A stretch of 64,000 nt of DNA from an uncultured Chloroflexia bacterium (GCA_963819655.1 CAWFXA010000002.1:1120001-1184000); one strand, 5' to 3'. Positions 29,003 through 43,572 are shown, counted from the stretch's first letter. Notes: a model not told the origin generated them from the letters alone. A program made the numbers and translations.

Positions 29003-32000
29003 ATGCAACGCGTCCGGAGCGCGGTCGATGTCGCGCTCGCTCTCGTCGTCGCCCTGTGCCTATCGAGCGTGCCGGCGGCCACCACGAGGTCAGGTGGCGG
29101 GATCGCTCTCGCGGCGGCAGTCGCCTGGCCGCCATCGACCCTGGTCGTCTCGGAGGTCCAGACCGGCGGCGCCGGCGCATCCGACGAATTCGTCGAGATC
29201 GCGAACCAGGGATCCGGCCCGGTCGACCTGATCGGTCTCGAACTGGTCTACGCGACGTCGTCGGGCTCCACCGTGACGCGCAAGGCCACCTGGGCGACGT
29301 CGACGATCCTGTCGCGAGGCCAGCGGATCCTGGTCGTTAACAGCGCAGGATCCTTCAGCCCGATCGGCGACGTGGTCTACACGGGAGGGTTCGCCGCGAC
29401 AGGCGGGGCGCTGGCGCTGCGGGTCGTGGGCGGATCGGTCGTCGACGCCATCGGCTGGGGCGATGCGACGAATGCGTTCGTCGAGGGCGCGACGGCCCCG
29501 GCCCCATCGGCGAGCACGAGCCTCGAACGGCGACCGGGCGGCTCGCTCGGCAATGGGATCGATACGAATGACAACGCGCTCGACTGGTTCGTGTCGCCGA
29601 CCCCGGGACCACAAGGCATGGCGGCACCGCCGGTGCCGGATCCGGGAGCCGAGCCGACCCCGACGCCCACGGCAGAGCCGACGCCGACATCGACACCGGT
29701 GCCGAGCGTGACGCCGACCCCGGACCCGACGCCGGAGCCGAGCGTGACGCCGACCCCGACCGCCACCCCGGCCCCGACCCCCAGCCCGACCCCCAGCCCG
29801 ACCCCGACCCCGACACCATCGCCGACGCCTGCTCCCGTAGCGATCGCGACCGCGCGTTCGATGCCGGACGGCACTCAGGCGACGATCGCCGGTGTGCTGA
29901 CCACCGACCTCGGTGCCCTCGAAGCCGGCCGGTCGGCCTTCGTCCAGGACCCGACGGGCGGCATCGCGCTGTACCTCGACGCGGTCGCGATCACACACGT
30001 CGCGATCGGGTCGACCGTCGTGGTTCGCGGGACCATCGACGACCGGTTCGCCCAGCGAACACTACGCGCCGCAGAGGCCGATCTTGAGGTCACCGGCGCG
30101 TCCGCTATCCCTGGCGTGCTCGGCTCGAGCACGGGCGCTGCCGGTGAGTCCGTCGAGGGTCTGCGGCTCCAGCTCGGTGGGCCGGTCATCGCCGGCCCCG
30201 ACGCGCTCGCCGATGGCACCGCCGTCACGGTCGACGACGGGTCCGGACCCGTGCGCATCATCGTCACGCCAGCCGCGCTGGCGGGTCGCGACCTTGCCGT
30301 CGGATCGACGCTGACGGCGACTGGACCACTCGGGCAGCGCGACAGCTCGGGCACCGGGGTCGAGGGATACCGGCTCTACGTGACGCAGGCCGGAGACCTC
30401 GCGGTCGAAGCGGCTCCGACACCCACGCCGACACCTACACCGACACCCACGCCGGAGCCGACACCGGTGCCGTCGCCCGCGCCGTCGGTGGAGCCGACGT
30501 CGACGCCGATCGCGACGCCGAGCCCGACCGCGACCTCGAGCCCGTCGCCATCAGCCAGCCCGTGGCCCGGGCTGACCATCGCCGCGGCGCGGGCACGGTC
30601 CGTCGGCTCGACTGTCGTCGTGCGTGGCGTGGTCACCGCCGAGGCGGGTCGGCTCGGAACACCGGCCCTGCTGGCGATCGCGGATGCCACCGGCGGCATC
30701 GTCGTCAAGCTGCCGAGCGGCGCGGCCGCGCCGGCGCGTGGCCAGATGCTCGAGGTCGCGGGTCCACTGGCGGACCCGTACGGTCAGCTGGAGATCCGCC
30801 CTTTGGCGGCCGGCATCGTGGTGACCGGGGCTGGCTCCGTGCCGGCTCCTTCGGACCTCCTCCGTCGGGCCCAGCGAGTCGACCGAAGGACGACTGGTTC
30901 GCCTCAGCGGGATCGTCGCGGCAGGCCCGACCAAGTCGACGAGCGGCGACATCACGGTCACGATCGACGACGCCGACGGCACCCGGATCAAGGTGATGGC
31001 CGACGCGTCGAGCGGTCTCGGGCAGGCGATCGTTCGCTCGAGGTGCGCGCTACCGCATCGTGGGCATCTCAGGGCAGCGCGCCTCGAAGAAGGGTGTGCC
31101 CGACGGGTACCGGGTCTGGGCCCGCGACCGCCAGGACGTGATCCTGCTGACCCCGGCTCCGACCGCGAGGCCTGGTTCCGGAGCGTCTCCGCGTGCCTCG
31201 GGCGCGACGCCGACCGTCATCCCGATCTCGACCGCGTTGCGGACGAACGGGCGCGACGTCGCGATCGAGGCGGTCGTGACCGCGCCGGCCAGCCTGCTCG
31301 ACAGCACGGGCCGTCGGATCGTCGTCCAGGACGCGACGGGCGCCATCGAGATCCTGCTGCCCAGGGACGCGTCGGCTCCCGGCGTCGGCAACCGGATCCG
31401 GGCGGTCGGGCGGATCGGCACCGCATATGGCGCTCCACGGCTCCGCGCAGCGTCGATCGAACGGCGCGGCTCGGCGACCATGCCCGTCCCGCTGCGGATC
31501 GCGGGACCGGTGAGTCCGACCCATGCCTGGCGGCTCGTCGCGATCGGCGGGCGGGTCGACAGCGTCCGCAAGCTGGGTGACCGCTGGCGTGCGGAGATCG
31601 TGATCGGCGCTCAGCGGCTGGTCGTCGTCGGACAACCGGGCGCGCGGATCCCGAGCACGGCGTTGGTCGAGGGCCGCTCGGCCGAGATCGTCGGGATCGT
31701 CCGTCCGGCCTACCCGAGCGCTTCCGACAAGCGCCCGTCGATCCTGCCGCGCTCCAGCGGCGACGTGCGCCTGGGACCCGCGACTGCAGCGTCGCCCAGG
31801 GCAGGTTCGGCGATCGCCGGAGCGATGACCGGGTCAGGTGACGCCGACGGATCGGGTGCCTCTGCCGGTGCGCCTGCGACCGCCGCCGACCTCGCCGACC
31901 TGGAGAGCCTTGTCGGCTCGACCGTTCGCGTGGGTGGCCTGGTCGTGGACCTGCAGCCTGACGGCTTCACACTTGACGACGGAACGGCGATCGGACGGAT

Positions 32001-32451
32001 CGTGCTGGTCGGTCCGGCAGCCGACTGGATCGACCTGGTCGAACCCGAAGACGCCATCAACGTGACGGGCGTCGTGACCGTCGCATCGGACGGCATGGCC
32101 GCGGTCGTCGTCGATGACCCCGCGACGATCACACTCGGCAGCACCCTCGATGGGTCGGGCGACAGCCCGGCGCCAGGTGCCCAAGACGCCACCGCGGGTT
32201 CGGGCGAGTCCTCGGACATTCGGATCGCTGGCTTCGGCACCGACACCTCGGCTCTCCCGGGAGCTGGCGCCGGCGTGGCCGGATTGCTGGCGATCAGCCT
32301 GGCGTCGCTGGGAGCGGCCATCCTTCGCCGGCGCCACGCCCGGCGGCTGCTCGCCGTCCGGGTCGCCGCTCGCCTCGCCGACATCGGCGGGCGGTCGTCG
32401 ACGCGACCGGAGCCGCCAGGCGACCCGAACGGGGGTCCGAGCGTGGCCTGA
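29003..32451 (+). CDS. Large surface protein: lamin-tail domain, multiple OB-fold-like repeats, PT linkers, C-terminal membrane anchor; frameshifts at ~30860-30872 and ~31029
   Basis: Signal peptide; [10 protein letters not shown]...DEFVEIAN...VDAIGWG...SLERRP (LTD); repeats [54 protein letters not shown]; LPGAG, TM, RRRH tail. Confidence 0.8.
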
Positions 32452-32664
32452 GCGCGACGCTCCTGGCGTCGAGCGGGGCGCCGTGCGGGCGTCGTGCGTG
32501 GGCCGTGCGGGCGTGTGCGGGGCCGTGCCGGGCTCGCGCAGGGGTGGCGTGGACGTCCGGCGTGCACAATTCGTGCGTGGCCACGCTTGACGCTCCCAGA
32601 ATCGCCGGACTATCCTCCGCCCAGTTTCGCGCCAGCGAAGCAGGCACGTGAGCGAGGAGAGGTT

Positions 32665-33531
32665 TTGCCGAACGCGGATACCCGCGTCGATAGTCCCCGA
32701 GATCGCAGGATCGCGGTCCCGGAAGGGGAACGGCAGTACCACATCGGACTCGGACGGGGAGACCTGGCCGAGTACATCCTCCTCCCCGGGGACCAGGACC
32801 GGACGACCCGGATCGCCTCGCGCTTCGAATCGATCGAGCTCGAGCACCGACACCGGGAGTTCGCATCGGCCACCGGCACGTACAGGGGCCAGCGGGTGTC
32901 GGTCGTGTCGACCGGCATCGGCACGGACAACGTCGAGATCGCCGTCGCCGAGATCCTGGCGATCACCCGGCGGCCGACCTTCATCAGGGTCGGCTCGTGC
33001 GGTGCCCTTCAACCAGAGATGAGCCTGGGCGACCTGGCCATCACCACGGGAGGAGTGCGACTCGAGACGACGACGAGCTGGTACGTCCACGATGGGTATC
33101 CCGCGGTCGCCGATTACGAGGCGGTCGTGGCGCTCATCGAGGCCGCGGAACGGCTCGGTCACCGCTACCACGTCGGCGTGACGGCGACGGCACCGGGGTT
33201 CTTCGGAGCGCAAGGGCGCCCCATCCCGCAGTTGCCCATCCGCTACCCTGACCTGGCGGAGGACATGAGGCGCCAGCGCGTCATGAACTTCGAGATGGAA
33301 GCATCGGCCCTGCTGGTGTTCGCGTCGCTTGCCGGCTGTCGTGCCGGCGTCGTCTGTGCGGTGTATGCCGACCGGACGACCGGCGAGTTCATCGGTGGAA
33401 CGATGCAGGACGCCGCCGAGGCGGCCTGCGTCGAGACAGGCCTCGAAAGCCTGCTTGTGCTGGCAGAGATGGATGCCCAGAAACGAACCGCATCGACGGA
33501 CCGCTGGCGCCCGTCGCTGTGGTCGACATAG
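32665..33531 (+). CDS. udp: Uridine phosphorylase / nucleoside phosphorylase
   Basis: QYHIGL, ILLPGDQDR, HREF, STGIG, IRVGSCGALQ, FFGAQGR, NFEMEAS; TTG start after GAGGAG. Confidence 0.88.
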   Translation: MPNADTRVDSPRDRRIAVPEGERQYHIGLGRGDLAEYILLPGDQDRTTRIASRFESIELEHRHREFASATGTYRGQRVSVVSTGIGTDNVEIAVAEILAITRRPTFIRVGSCGALQPEMSLGDLAITTGGVRLETTTSWYVHDGYPAVADYEAVVALIEAAERLGHRYHVGVTATAPGFFGAQGRPIPQLPIRYPDLAEDMRRQRVMNFEMEASALLVFASLAGCRAGVVCAVYADRTTGEFIGGTMQDAAEAACVETGLESLLVLAEMDAQKRTASTDRWRPSLWST

Positions 33532-33598
33532 CGCGATACCCCAGAGCGGGTACGAGACGAAGGCTCTCGTGACGCTCTACCGATGAGGAGGAAGCCCA

Positions 33599-33739
33599 AT
33601 GGCTGAGGCCTACTGCGTCAAGGACAAGCGCAAGGTCGAAGTCCAGAATCCACAGCGGATCACCATGAAGAACGGCAAGCCGGCCCTGCAGGGCACTTGC
33701 CCGATCTGTGGCAACAAGGTGTTCAGGATCGGCGGCTGA
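33599..33739 (+). CDS. 46-aa DUF5679-like zinc-ribbon/basic small protein (absent from the ORF track)
   Basis: MAEAYCVKDKRKVEVQNPQRITMKNGKPALQGTCPICGNKVFRIGG; strong GAGGAGG RBS. Confidence 0.85.
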   Translation: MAEAYCVKDKRKVEVQNPQRITMKNGKPALQGTCPICGNKVFRIGG

Positions 33740-33762
33740 CCGCCCGGATTCATCGACTCACA

Positions 33763-33797
33763 GGGACGACCCCCGCCGCGGTGGTGGGGGTCGTTCC
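33763..33797 (+). terminator. GC-rich hairpin downstream of the small zinc-ribbon gene
   Basis: GGGACGACCCCCGCC...GGTGGGGGTCGTTCC stem with G:U pairs; no U-tract. Confidence 0.5.
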
Positions 33798-33954
33798 ATG
33801 TCCAGCGCCGGGCAGCCGCTCAGCGGCCTCTTGGGAGACGTTCGGGAGCCGCGGGGACCCTTTGCTAGAATGACGGCGTTCCCCAGACAGGTTCGCCGCG
33901 CGGGTCCCGCGCTTGCACCAGCGGTCCGACATCGACCGGCAGGAGGTCCCCACG

Positions 33955-34977
33955 ATGGCAGTCCGCGTCGGCATCAACGGCTTTGGCCGCATCGGGCGCC
34001 AGTCGCTCAAGGCCATGATCGAGCGCGCGCCCGATGTCGAGGTCGTGGCGGTCAACGATCTCGTCGACGCCGAGATGAACGCACTGCTGTTCAAGCACGA
34101 TTCGACGTATGGCGCCTATGACGGCGACGTCCGGGCGGGTGACAGCTCGATCATCATCGATGGCCGGGAGATCAAGATCCTCGCCGAGAAGGACCCGGCC
34201 GCTCTGCCGTGGGGCGACCTCGGGGTCGACATCGTGCTGGAGTCGACCGGCCTCTTCACCGACGCGGACAAGGCCACCGCACACATCACGGCCGGTGCCC
34301 AGAAAGTCGTCATCAGTGCCCCCGCCAGGAACGAGGACATCACCATCGTCCTCGGCGTCAACGAAGACCGCTACGACCCGGCGAGGCATCACGTCATCAG
34401 CAACGCCAGCTGCACGACGAACTGCCTCGCGCCGGCGGCCAAGGTCGTGCACGACCTGCTCGGTATCGAGAAGGGTCTGATGAACACGATCCACAGCTAC
34501 ACGAACGACCAGCGGATCCTCGACGTCGCGCACAAGGATCCACGCCGCGCACGCGCCGCCGGCCAGAACATCATCCCGACCACGACCGGAGCCGCGAAAG
34601 CGCTGGCCCTGGTGATCCCCGACCTGAAGGGCCGGTTCGACGGCTTTAGCCTGCGTGTCCCCACCCCGACCGTCAGCGTCGTCGATTTCACCGCCACGGT
34701 CCGGCGGAAGACCAGCGTCGAGGAGCTCAACGACGCCTTCCGTGCGGCGGCCGCTGGCCCGCTCGAGGGCATCCTCGGCGTCTCGGACGAGCCGCTCGTG
34801 TCGACCGACTTCCGCGGCGACTCGCGCTCGTCGATCATCGATGCCGAGTCGACCATGGTGCTCGGCGGCGACATGGTGAAGGTCATCGCCTGGTACGACA
34901 ACGAATGGGGCTACAGCTGCCGGGTCGCCGATCTCATCGCCTACGTCGCTGCTCGACTGCCCGTCGCCGCCGCTTGA
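33955..34977 (+). CDS. gap: Glyceraldehyde-3-phosphate dehydrogenase
   Basis: [43 protein letters not shown]; AGGAGG RBS. Confidence 0.98.
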   Translation: MAVRVGINGFGRIGRQSLKAMIERAPDVEVVAVNDLVDAEMNALLFKHDSTYGAYDGDVRAGDSSIIIDGREIKILAEKDPAALPWGDLGVDIVLESTGLFTDADKATAHITAGAQKVVISAPARNEDITIVLGVNEDRYDPARHHVISNASCTTNCLAPAAKVVHDLLGIEKGLMNTIHSYTNDQRILDVAHKDPRRARAAGQNIIPTTTGAAKALALVIPDLKGRFDGFSLRVPTPTVSVVDFTATVRRKTSVEELNDAFRAAAAGPLEGILGVSDEPLVSTDFRGDSRSSIIDAESTMVLGGDMVKVIAWYDNEWGYSCRVADLIAYVAARLPVAAA

Positions 34978-34996
34978 TCGCGACCTGAGACCCCGC

Positions 34997-38321
<3,325 letters not shown>

Positions 38322-38368
38322 CACCGGCCCCGGGCCGACGGCGACTCCCGGACACTCTGCCTGCATCA

Positions 38369-38498
38369 CTCCCTCGTGATGCACCTCGTGCATGCGGTGC
38401 TGCGCTGGCGCGTCGCATGCGTCCGGTGCATGACGAGGGAGGGCCCCGGACATGCCGACACCCCGGACATGCCGACGCCCCGGGTAAGAGCCCGGGGC
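38369..38498. repeat. Intergenic long hairpin, 17-bp tandem duplication and terminator-like hairpin
   Basis: CTCCCTCGTGATGCACC (38369) / GGTGCATGACGAGGGAG (38425); CCCCGGACATGCCGAC(A/G) twice at 38444-38477; GCCCCGGG-TAAGAG-CCCGGGGC. Confidence 0.7.
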
Positions 38499-38521
38499 AT
38501 CGTTGAGCGCCGGACGGGCGA

Positions 38522-39166
38522 CTAGGCCTTCGGTGAGGTCTTCCTTGGCGCGCTCTTGGACGTGGCCTTCGGCGCCGACGCCTTCGCGGTCGACTTCGCG
38601 GCAGGCTTCTTCGCCGCGGCCGTCTTCGTGGCGGCCCGTGCAGGCTTCGCTGGTGCTGCGGTCTCCGCGGTCTCGGCCGAGGCGGCGGCCTTCGCTGCAG
38701 CGGCTTCCGCGCGCGCGGTCTTGCTCAGCGCGGCCCGAGCTTTGCCGGCGGCCGTCTGTGCGCCCTTGGCCTTGGTCGATTTGCCGGCGGCGATGCGCGC
38801 CTTGGCGGCCTTCGCCGCGGCCGCCTTGCCAGTCTGCTTCGTGACCTTGCCTGCGGTGCCGGTGGTCGCCCCGCCGAGCGCGGCGTTGATCTTGATCGTC
38901 AGCCGGGACTTGCGGCGAGCTGCCGCGTTCCGGTGGATCGCGCCGGCCTTGGCCGCGCGGTCGAGGGCAGACAGGGCCGCGGTGAGAGCGGCGGTCGCGG
39001 TCTCGACGTCGGTCGACGCTTCGACCGTGCTGAGTGCCTTTGCGACATAGGTCTTCGCGGCGGTGCGCCGCGGGCCGAGCACCTCGTGGCGGCGATTCGC
39101 CTGTCGGACGCGCTTGAGACCCGACGGTGTACGAGCGCCCGACCAGGTGCGGGGCGTCTTGGCCAA
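38522..39166 (-). CDS. rpsT: 30S ribosomal protein S20 with ~115-aa Lys/Ala-rich C-terminal extension
   Basis: SGLKRVRQANRR, LDRAAKAGAIHRNAAARRKSRL; divergent from the lepA region as is usual for rpsT. Confidence 0.92.
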   Translation of the reverse strand: MAKTPRTWSGARTPSGLKRVRQANRRHEVLGPRRTAAKTYVAKALSTVEASTDVETATAALTAALSALDRAAKAGAIHRNAAARRKSRLTIKINAALGGATTGTAGKVTKQTGKAAAAKAAKARIAAGKSTKAKGAQTAAGKARAALSKTARAEAAAAKAAASAETAETAAPAKPARAATKTAAAKKPAAKSTAKASAPKATSKSAPRKTSPKA

Positions 39167-39320
39167 GGGAAACCTCTCGGAGCGTTGATGTGGTGGGGAC
39201 GTGATCGCAGCGAGGGCGCGGTGTGAGCGCCCGACGCGGAGGCGGATGCTACCACAGGAGCCGCTCCACTCCCGCCTCGCGGTAGAGTCCGGGCCTCGAC
39301 CACGAACCGAGGAGTGACGG

Positions 39321-39677
39321 ATGCTTCGACCCGAAGACGCTTACGAGCTCTATGCGCGAGCCTGGAACGAGCCGGAGCGCGCCGTTGCCCTCCTCGAGGA
39401 GTGCTGGGCTCAGGACGGCGTCTACGCTGACGACGAGGTGCCCGATGGCGTTGTCGGGCGTGCCGCACTCGTCGACCTGATCGCGGCGACCCACGAGGCC
39501 CTACCCGGCTTCCGCGTCTGGGGGACCAGCCCCCCGAGATTGCTCGCTGGTCGTCTTGGGCTCACCTGGTCCCAGGAAGGCGGCGACCCGCGGGAGTCGT
39601 TGGCCGGGACCGATGTCATCGAGTTCGCCCCCGACGGGCGCATCGCCCGCGTGACCGGCGTGCTTGCCACCCCCTGA
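39321..39677 (+). CDS. SnoaL-like / NTF2-family protein
   Basis: YARAWNEP, CWAQDGVYAD, GRAAL, GTDVIEFAPDGRIARVTG. Confidence 0.8.
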   Translation: MLRPEDAYELYARAWNEPERAVALLEECWAQDGVYADDEVPDGVVGRAALVDLIAATHEALPGFRVWGTSPPRLLAGRLGLTWSQEGGDPRESLAGTDVIEFAPDGRIARVTGVLATP

Positions 39678-39735
39678 GCGAGCGTGATGACGGACGTCGC
39701 CGGAGGGTGGCAGGGTTCCGATAGACTCCCGCACC

Positions 39736-41547
39736 GTGGCCATTCCTCAGGACCGCCTCCGCAACTTCTCGATCATCGCCCATATCGACCATGGGAAGTC
39801 GACGCTGGCCGATCGGCTGCTCGAACTGACGCACACGATCGACGCCCGCCAGATGACGAGCCAGGTCCTCGATTCCATGGACCTCGAGCGCGAGAAGGGC
39901 ATCACGATCAAGGCCCGCGCCGTCCGGCTCGAGTACACCGCCAAGGACGGCAAGACCTACGGGCTCAACCTGATCGACACCCCCGGTCACGTCGACTTCG
40001 CGTACGAGGTCAGCCACAGCCTGCAGGCGTGCGAAGGCGCGATCCTCGTCGTCGACGCGACCCAGGGCATCGAGGCGCAGACGCTCGCCAACGTCCACCT
40101 CGCCCTGCGCGAGAACCTCACGCTCATCCCGGTCCTTAACAAGATCGACCTGCCGTCGGCCGATCCCGACACCATCATCGACGAGCTCGAGAACGTGCTC
40201 GCCATCCCGCGTGAGGAGGTCATCCTCGCCAGCGCCAAGGACGGGACCGGCGTCATCGACATCCTCGAGGCGATCGTCGACCGGATCCCCGCGCCGGCGG
40301 GCGACCCCGCGGCCCCGGTCCAGGGCCTGATCTTCGACAGCCACTACGACGCCTACAAGGGCGTCATCGTCTACGTCCGGCTCGAGCAGGGCACGCTCAA
40401 GTCCACGGAGCCGATCCGCCTCATGGCCAGCGGCGCCGTCGCCGAACCTTTGGAGCTCGGTGTCTTCCGACCGCAGCTCGTGCCGGTCAAGCAGCTCACC
40501 GCCGGGGAGGTGGGCTACGTCGCGACCGGTCTCAAGAACGTCCGCGAGGCACAAGTCGGCGACACAGTCACGACGCAGGCACGACCGGCGACAGAGCCGC
40601 TCCCCGGCTACCAGGAAGCCAAGAGCCTCGTCTTCGCCGGGATCTACCCGGTCAGCGGCGAGGACTACCCGATGCTGCGCGAGGCACTCGACAAGCTGCA
40701 CCTCAACGATGCGAGCTTCACGTTCGAACCCGAGAGCTCGGTCGCGCTCGGGTTCGGGTTCCGCTGCGGCTTTCTCGGTTTGCTCCACATGGAGATCGTC
40801 CAGGAACGGCTCGAGCGGGAGTTCGATCTCGACCTCATCGCATCGGCGCCGTCCGTCGAATACCACGTCCAGCTGCAACACGGTCGGGGCACCGTCGTCG
40901 TCGACAACCCGGCCCTCCTGCCGAACCCCTCCGATATCGAGTCGATCGAAGAGCCCTGGGTCACCCTCAGCGTCGTGTCACCCAGCGCGTACATCGGCTC
41001 GATCATGGAGCTCTCGACCAACCGGCGCGGCACGTTCGTGAACATGGAGTACCTCGACCCGACCCGGGTCGTGCTCCATTTCGAGATGCCGCTCGCCGAG
41101 CTGATCGTCGACTACTTCGATCAGTTGAAGAGTCGAAGCCAGGGCTACGCGTCGATGGACTACGAGGAGCTCGGCTATCGACCCGCCGACCTCGTCAAGG
41201 TCGACATCCTCGTCAACGGCGAGCCGGTCGACGCCCTCAGCCTCATCGTGCACCGCGCGCGTGCCCAGTCCACGGGCCGCGCCCTGGCCGAGCGCCTGAA
41301 GGAACTGATCCCTCGGCAGATGTTCGAGATCCCCATCCAGGCGGCGATCGGCAGTAACGTCATCGCCCGGGAATCGGTCCGAGCCATGCGCAAGAACGTG
41401 TTGGCCAAGTGTTACGGTGGCGATATCACGCGCAAACGGAAGCTGCTCGAAAAGCAGAAAGAGGGCAAGCAGCGGATGAAGCGCGTCGGGTCGGTCGAGA
41501 TCCCGCAGGAGGCATTCCTGGCGATGCTCCGCATGGACGAGGGCTGA
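39736..41547 (+). CDS. lepA: Translation elongation factor 4
   Basis: [57 protein letters not shown]. Confidence 0.98.
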   Translation: MAIPQDRLRNFSIIAHIDHGKSTLADRLLELTHTIDARQMTSQVLDSMDLEREKGITIKARAVRLEYTAKDGKTYGLNLIDTPGHVDFAYEVSHSLQACEGAILVVDATQGIEAQTLANVHLALRENLTLIPVLNKIDLPSADPDTIIDELENVLAIPREEVILASAKDGTGVIDILEAIVDRIPAPAGDPAAPVQGLIFDSHYDAYKGVIVYVRLEQGTLKSTEPIRLMASGAVAEPLELGVFRPQLVPVKQLTAGEVGYVATGLKNVREAQVGDTVTTQARPATEPLPGYQEAKSLVFAGIYPVSGEDYPMLREALDKLHLNDASFTFEPESSVALGFGFRCGFLGLLHMEIVQERLEREFDLDLIASAPSVEYHVQLQHGRGTVVVDNPALLPNPSDIESIEEPWVTLSVVSPSAYIGSIMELSTNRRGTFVNMEYLDPTRVVLHFEMPLAELIVDYFDQLKSRSQGYASMDYEELGYRPADLVKVDILVNGEPVDALSLIVHRARAQSTGRALAERLKELIPRQMFEIPIQAAIGSNVIARESVRAMRKNVLAKCYGGDITRKRKLLEKQKEGKQRMKRVGSVEIPQEAFLAMLRMDEG

Positions 41548-41553
41548 GCGTTC

Positions 41554-42324
41554 GTGGAGGAGCTCTTCGACGTCTCGCGCGGGCTGATCGTCGTCGGCCT
41601 CACGATGCTCCTCGTCCTTCTCCGCCTCGACGCCGAGCGCTTCGGGACCGCCGAGTACTACGAGTCGACGAGGGACGGCGAGCGGCCACGGATCCGCAGG
41701 CGTCTCGCCTGGTACGGGCTGGGTGCCGGGATCGTCTTGGCGATGGCGTACATCCACCCGGCGCCACAGGCGGACCTGTTCCTCGGGACGGGCGACCGGC
41801 TCGGGGCCGTCATGGGTGGCCTGATCTTCGCTGGACTGGGTGTGGCCCAGGCGTTGGCGTTCGCGACGCTCCGCTACCAGCGCATCCGCTTCCCGGACAT
41901 CGGCTCCTATCCCGGGGCGCTGCTCAACTCCACCGCGACCGCGTTCATCGACGAGGCCACGTTCCGTGGCGCGATCTTCGGGACGCTGCTGACCCTCGGC
42001 CTCGAGGCGAACCTCGCCAACGTCGTGCAGGCGTTGCTCTATACGTTGACGACGCGGCTCGGCGCTCCGGGGCGGGACCGCTACCTGCTGGTCCTGACCC
42101 TTGCCATCGGCCTCATCGGCGGCTGGCTGACCGCGGTCACGGGCGGTATCGCCGCAGCATTCCTGGGTCACGCGGCGACCCGCTTCGCAGTATTCCTCGC
42201 GACAGGCCACACCGGCCAGACCCTGCCGAAAGGACGCGAGGCGGAGGAGATCGACCGCCGGCGCAGACCTCCTGAGGGCTGGCGCGTCATCGGGACTCGG
42301 GAGTCCGCTCAGCGGGATCGGTGA
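41554..42324 (+). CDS. CPBP/Abi-family intramembrane protein with degenerate motifs
   Basis: AFIDEATFRG (EExxxR-like), GWLTAVTGGIAAAFLGHA; multi-TM. Confidence 0.7.
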   Translation: MEELFDVSRGLIVVGLTMLLVLLRLDAERFGTAEYYESTRDGERPRIRRRLAWYGLGAGIVLAMAYIHPAPQADLFLGTGDRLGAVMGGLIFAGLGVAQALAFATLRYQRIRFPDIGSYPGALLNSTATAFIDEATFRGAIFGTLLTLGLEANLANVVQALLYTLTTRLGAPGRDRYLLVLTLAIGLIGGWLTAVTGGIAAAFLGHAATRFAVFLATGHTGQTLPKGREAEEIDRRRRPPEGWRVIGTRESAQRDR

Positions 42325-43559
42325 CGGTGACTGGGACGCCGGTTCCGCGTCCCCCGGTCGCGCTCTACATCCACGTGCCGTTCTGCGTGTCGCTCTGTCC
42401 GTACTGCGACTTCGTGGTCATCGCGGGGTCGGCGGCGCGCGGCCCGCGCCGCCGGATCGGGCAGTTCCTCGACGCGCTCCACGTCGAGATCGACCTGCGC
42501 GCCGATGCCCTCGACCGGAGGTTCGGTGAGCCCGGCACGCGCCGACGGCCGCCACTCTCGACGGTCTATCTCGGCGGCGGCACGCCGTCTCTCCTGCCGC
42601 CCGACGAGATCGAGCGGATCCTCGCCCGCGTCCGCGAACGCTTCGGGATCGCCGAGGACGCCGAGATCACGATCGAGTCGAACCCCGGGCCCGACGAGCG
42701 CGGCGACCCGGCGGCGCTGCGCCGCGCCGGCGTGACGCGCATCTCGTTCGGTGCCCAGTCCTTCGACGACGCCGAGCTGCGCAAGCTCGGGCGGCGTCAT
42801 CGGGCGCGCCACGTGGGCGATGCGGTCGCCGGCGCGCGGGAGACGGGCATCGCGTCGATCAACATCGATCTGCTGTACGACATCCCGGACACCGACCTGC
42901 GGAGGTGGATGGCCACGCTCGACGTGGCCCTGGCGCTCGAGCCCGACCACCTCTCGCTGTATGCGCTGACGCTCGACGACCCGGTCGCCGAAGGCCTGAC
43001 CGGACCGACCGGCGACCACCTCCCGACCACCAGGGGCGCACGGCGCTGGCGCGATGCCGTCAAGCCCGGGCAGGACGAGGATCGCGCGGCCGGTCAGTAT
43101 CACTACGCCGCGCTGGCCCTGGCCGACGCCGGTTATCGCGGCTACGAGATCTCCAACTGGGCGCGGCGCGGGCATGAGAGCCGGCATAACCTGGCGTACT
43201 GGCAGCGCCTTCCGAACGAGGCGGTCGGGCCCGGCGCGCACGCGTTCGATGGGGTCGCGCGGCGCTGGACGGCGGCCCGCCTCGACCTCTATGTCGCGGC
43301 CTTGGGTGGAGCGACGCCGACGCTCCCGCCGGGCGGCGTGGACGTGCTCGACGATGCGACCGCCGTGGCCGAGTCGGTCATCCTCGGGCTCCGTCTGGAC
43401 ACCGGCGTCCCGCTCGCCACGGCCCACGAGCCGCCGCTCGCCGACCCATTCGGCTGGGCGCTGGCCGCCGAGCTCCTGACCGTCACGCCGGGGGACCGGG
43501 TGGTCCTGACGACCCGTGGGCGCCTTCTGTCGAACGAGCTGTTCTCGCGCCTCGTGTAG
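42321..43559 (+). CDS. hemW: Radical SAM heme chaperone HemW
   Basis: LYIHVPFCVSLCPYCDF, YLGGGTPS, YEISNW, HNLAYW; between lepA and hrcA. Confidence 0.92.
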   Translation: MTVTGTPVPRPPVALYIHVPFCVSLCPYCDFVVIAGSAARGPRRRIGQFLDALHVEIDLRADALDRRFGEPGTRRRPPLSTVYLGGGTPSLLPPDEIERILARVRERFGIAEDAEITIESNPGPDERGDPAALRRAGVTRISFGAQSFDDAELRKLGRRHRARHVGDAVAGARETGIASINIDLLYDIPDTDLRRWMATLDVALALEPDHLSLYALTLDDPVAEGLTGPTGDHLPTTRGARRWRDAVKPGQDEDRAAGQYHYAALALADAGYRGYEISNWARRGHESRHNLAYWQRLPNEAVGPGAHAFDGVARRWTAARLDLYVAALGGATPTLPPGGVDVLDDATAVAESVILGLRLDTGVPLATAHEPPLADPFGWALAAELLTVTPGDRVVLTTRGRLLSNELFSRLV

Positions 43560-43572
43560 GCGGGCGGGCGCG

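Noticed and set aside
29650-30560. Short tandem DNA repeats (CCGACCCC-type)
   Set aside because: They encode Pro-Thr linkers of the surface protein and are not independent elements
42321-43559. Coproporphyrinogen III oxidase HemN
   Set aside because: The HNxxYW motif and the lepA-hrcA context indicate HemW instead
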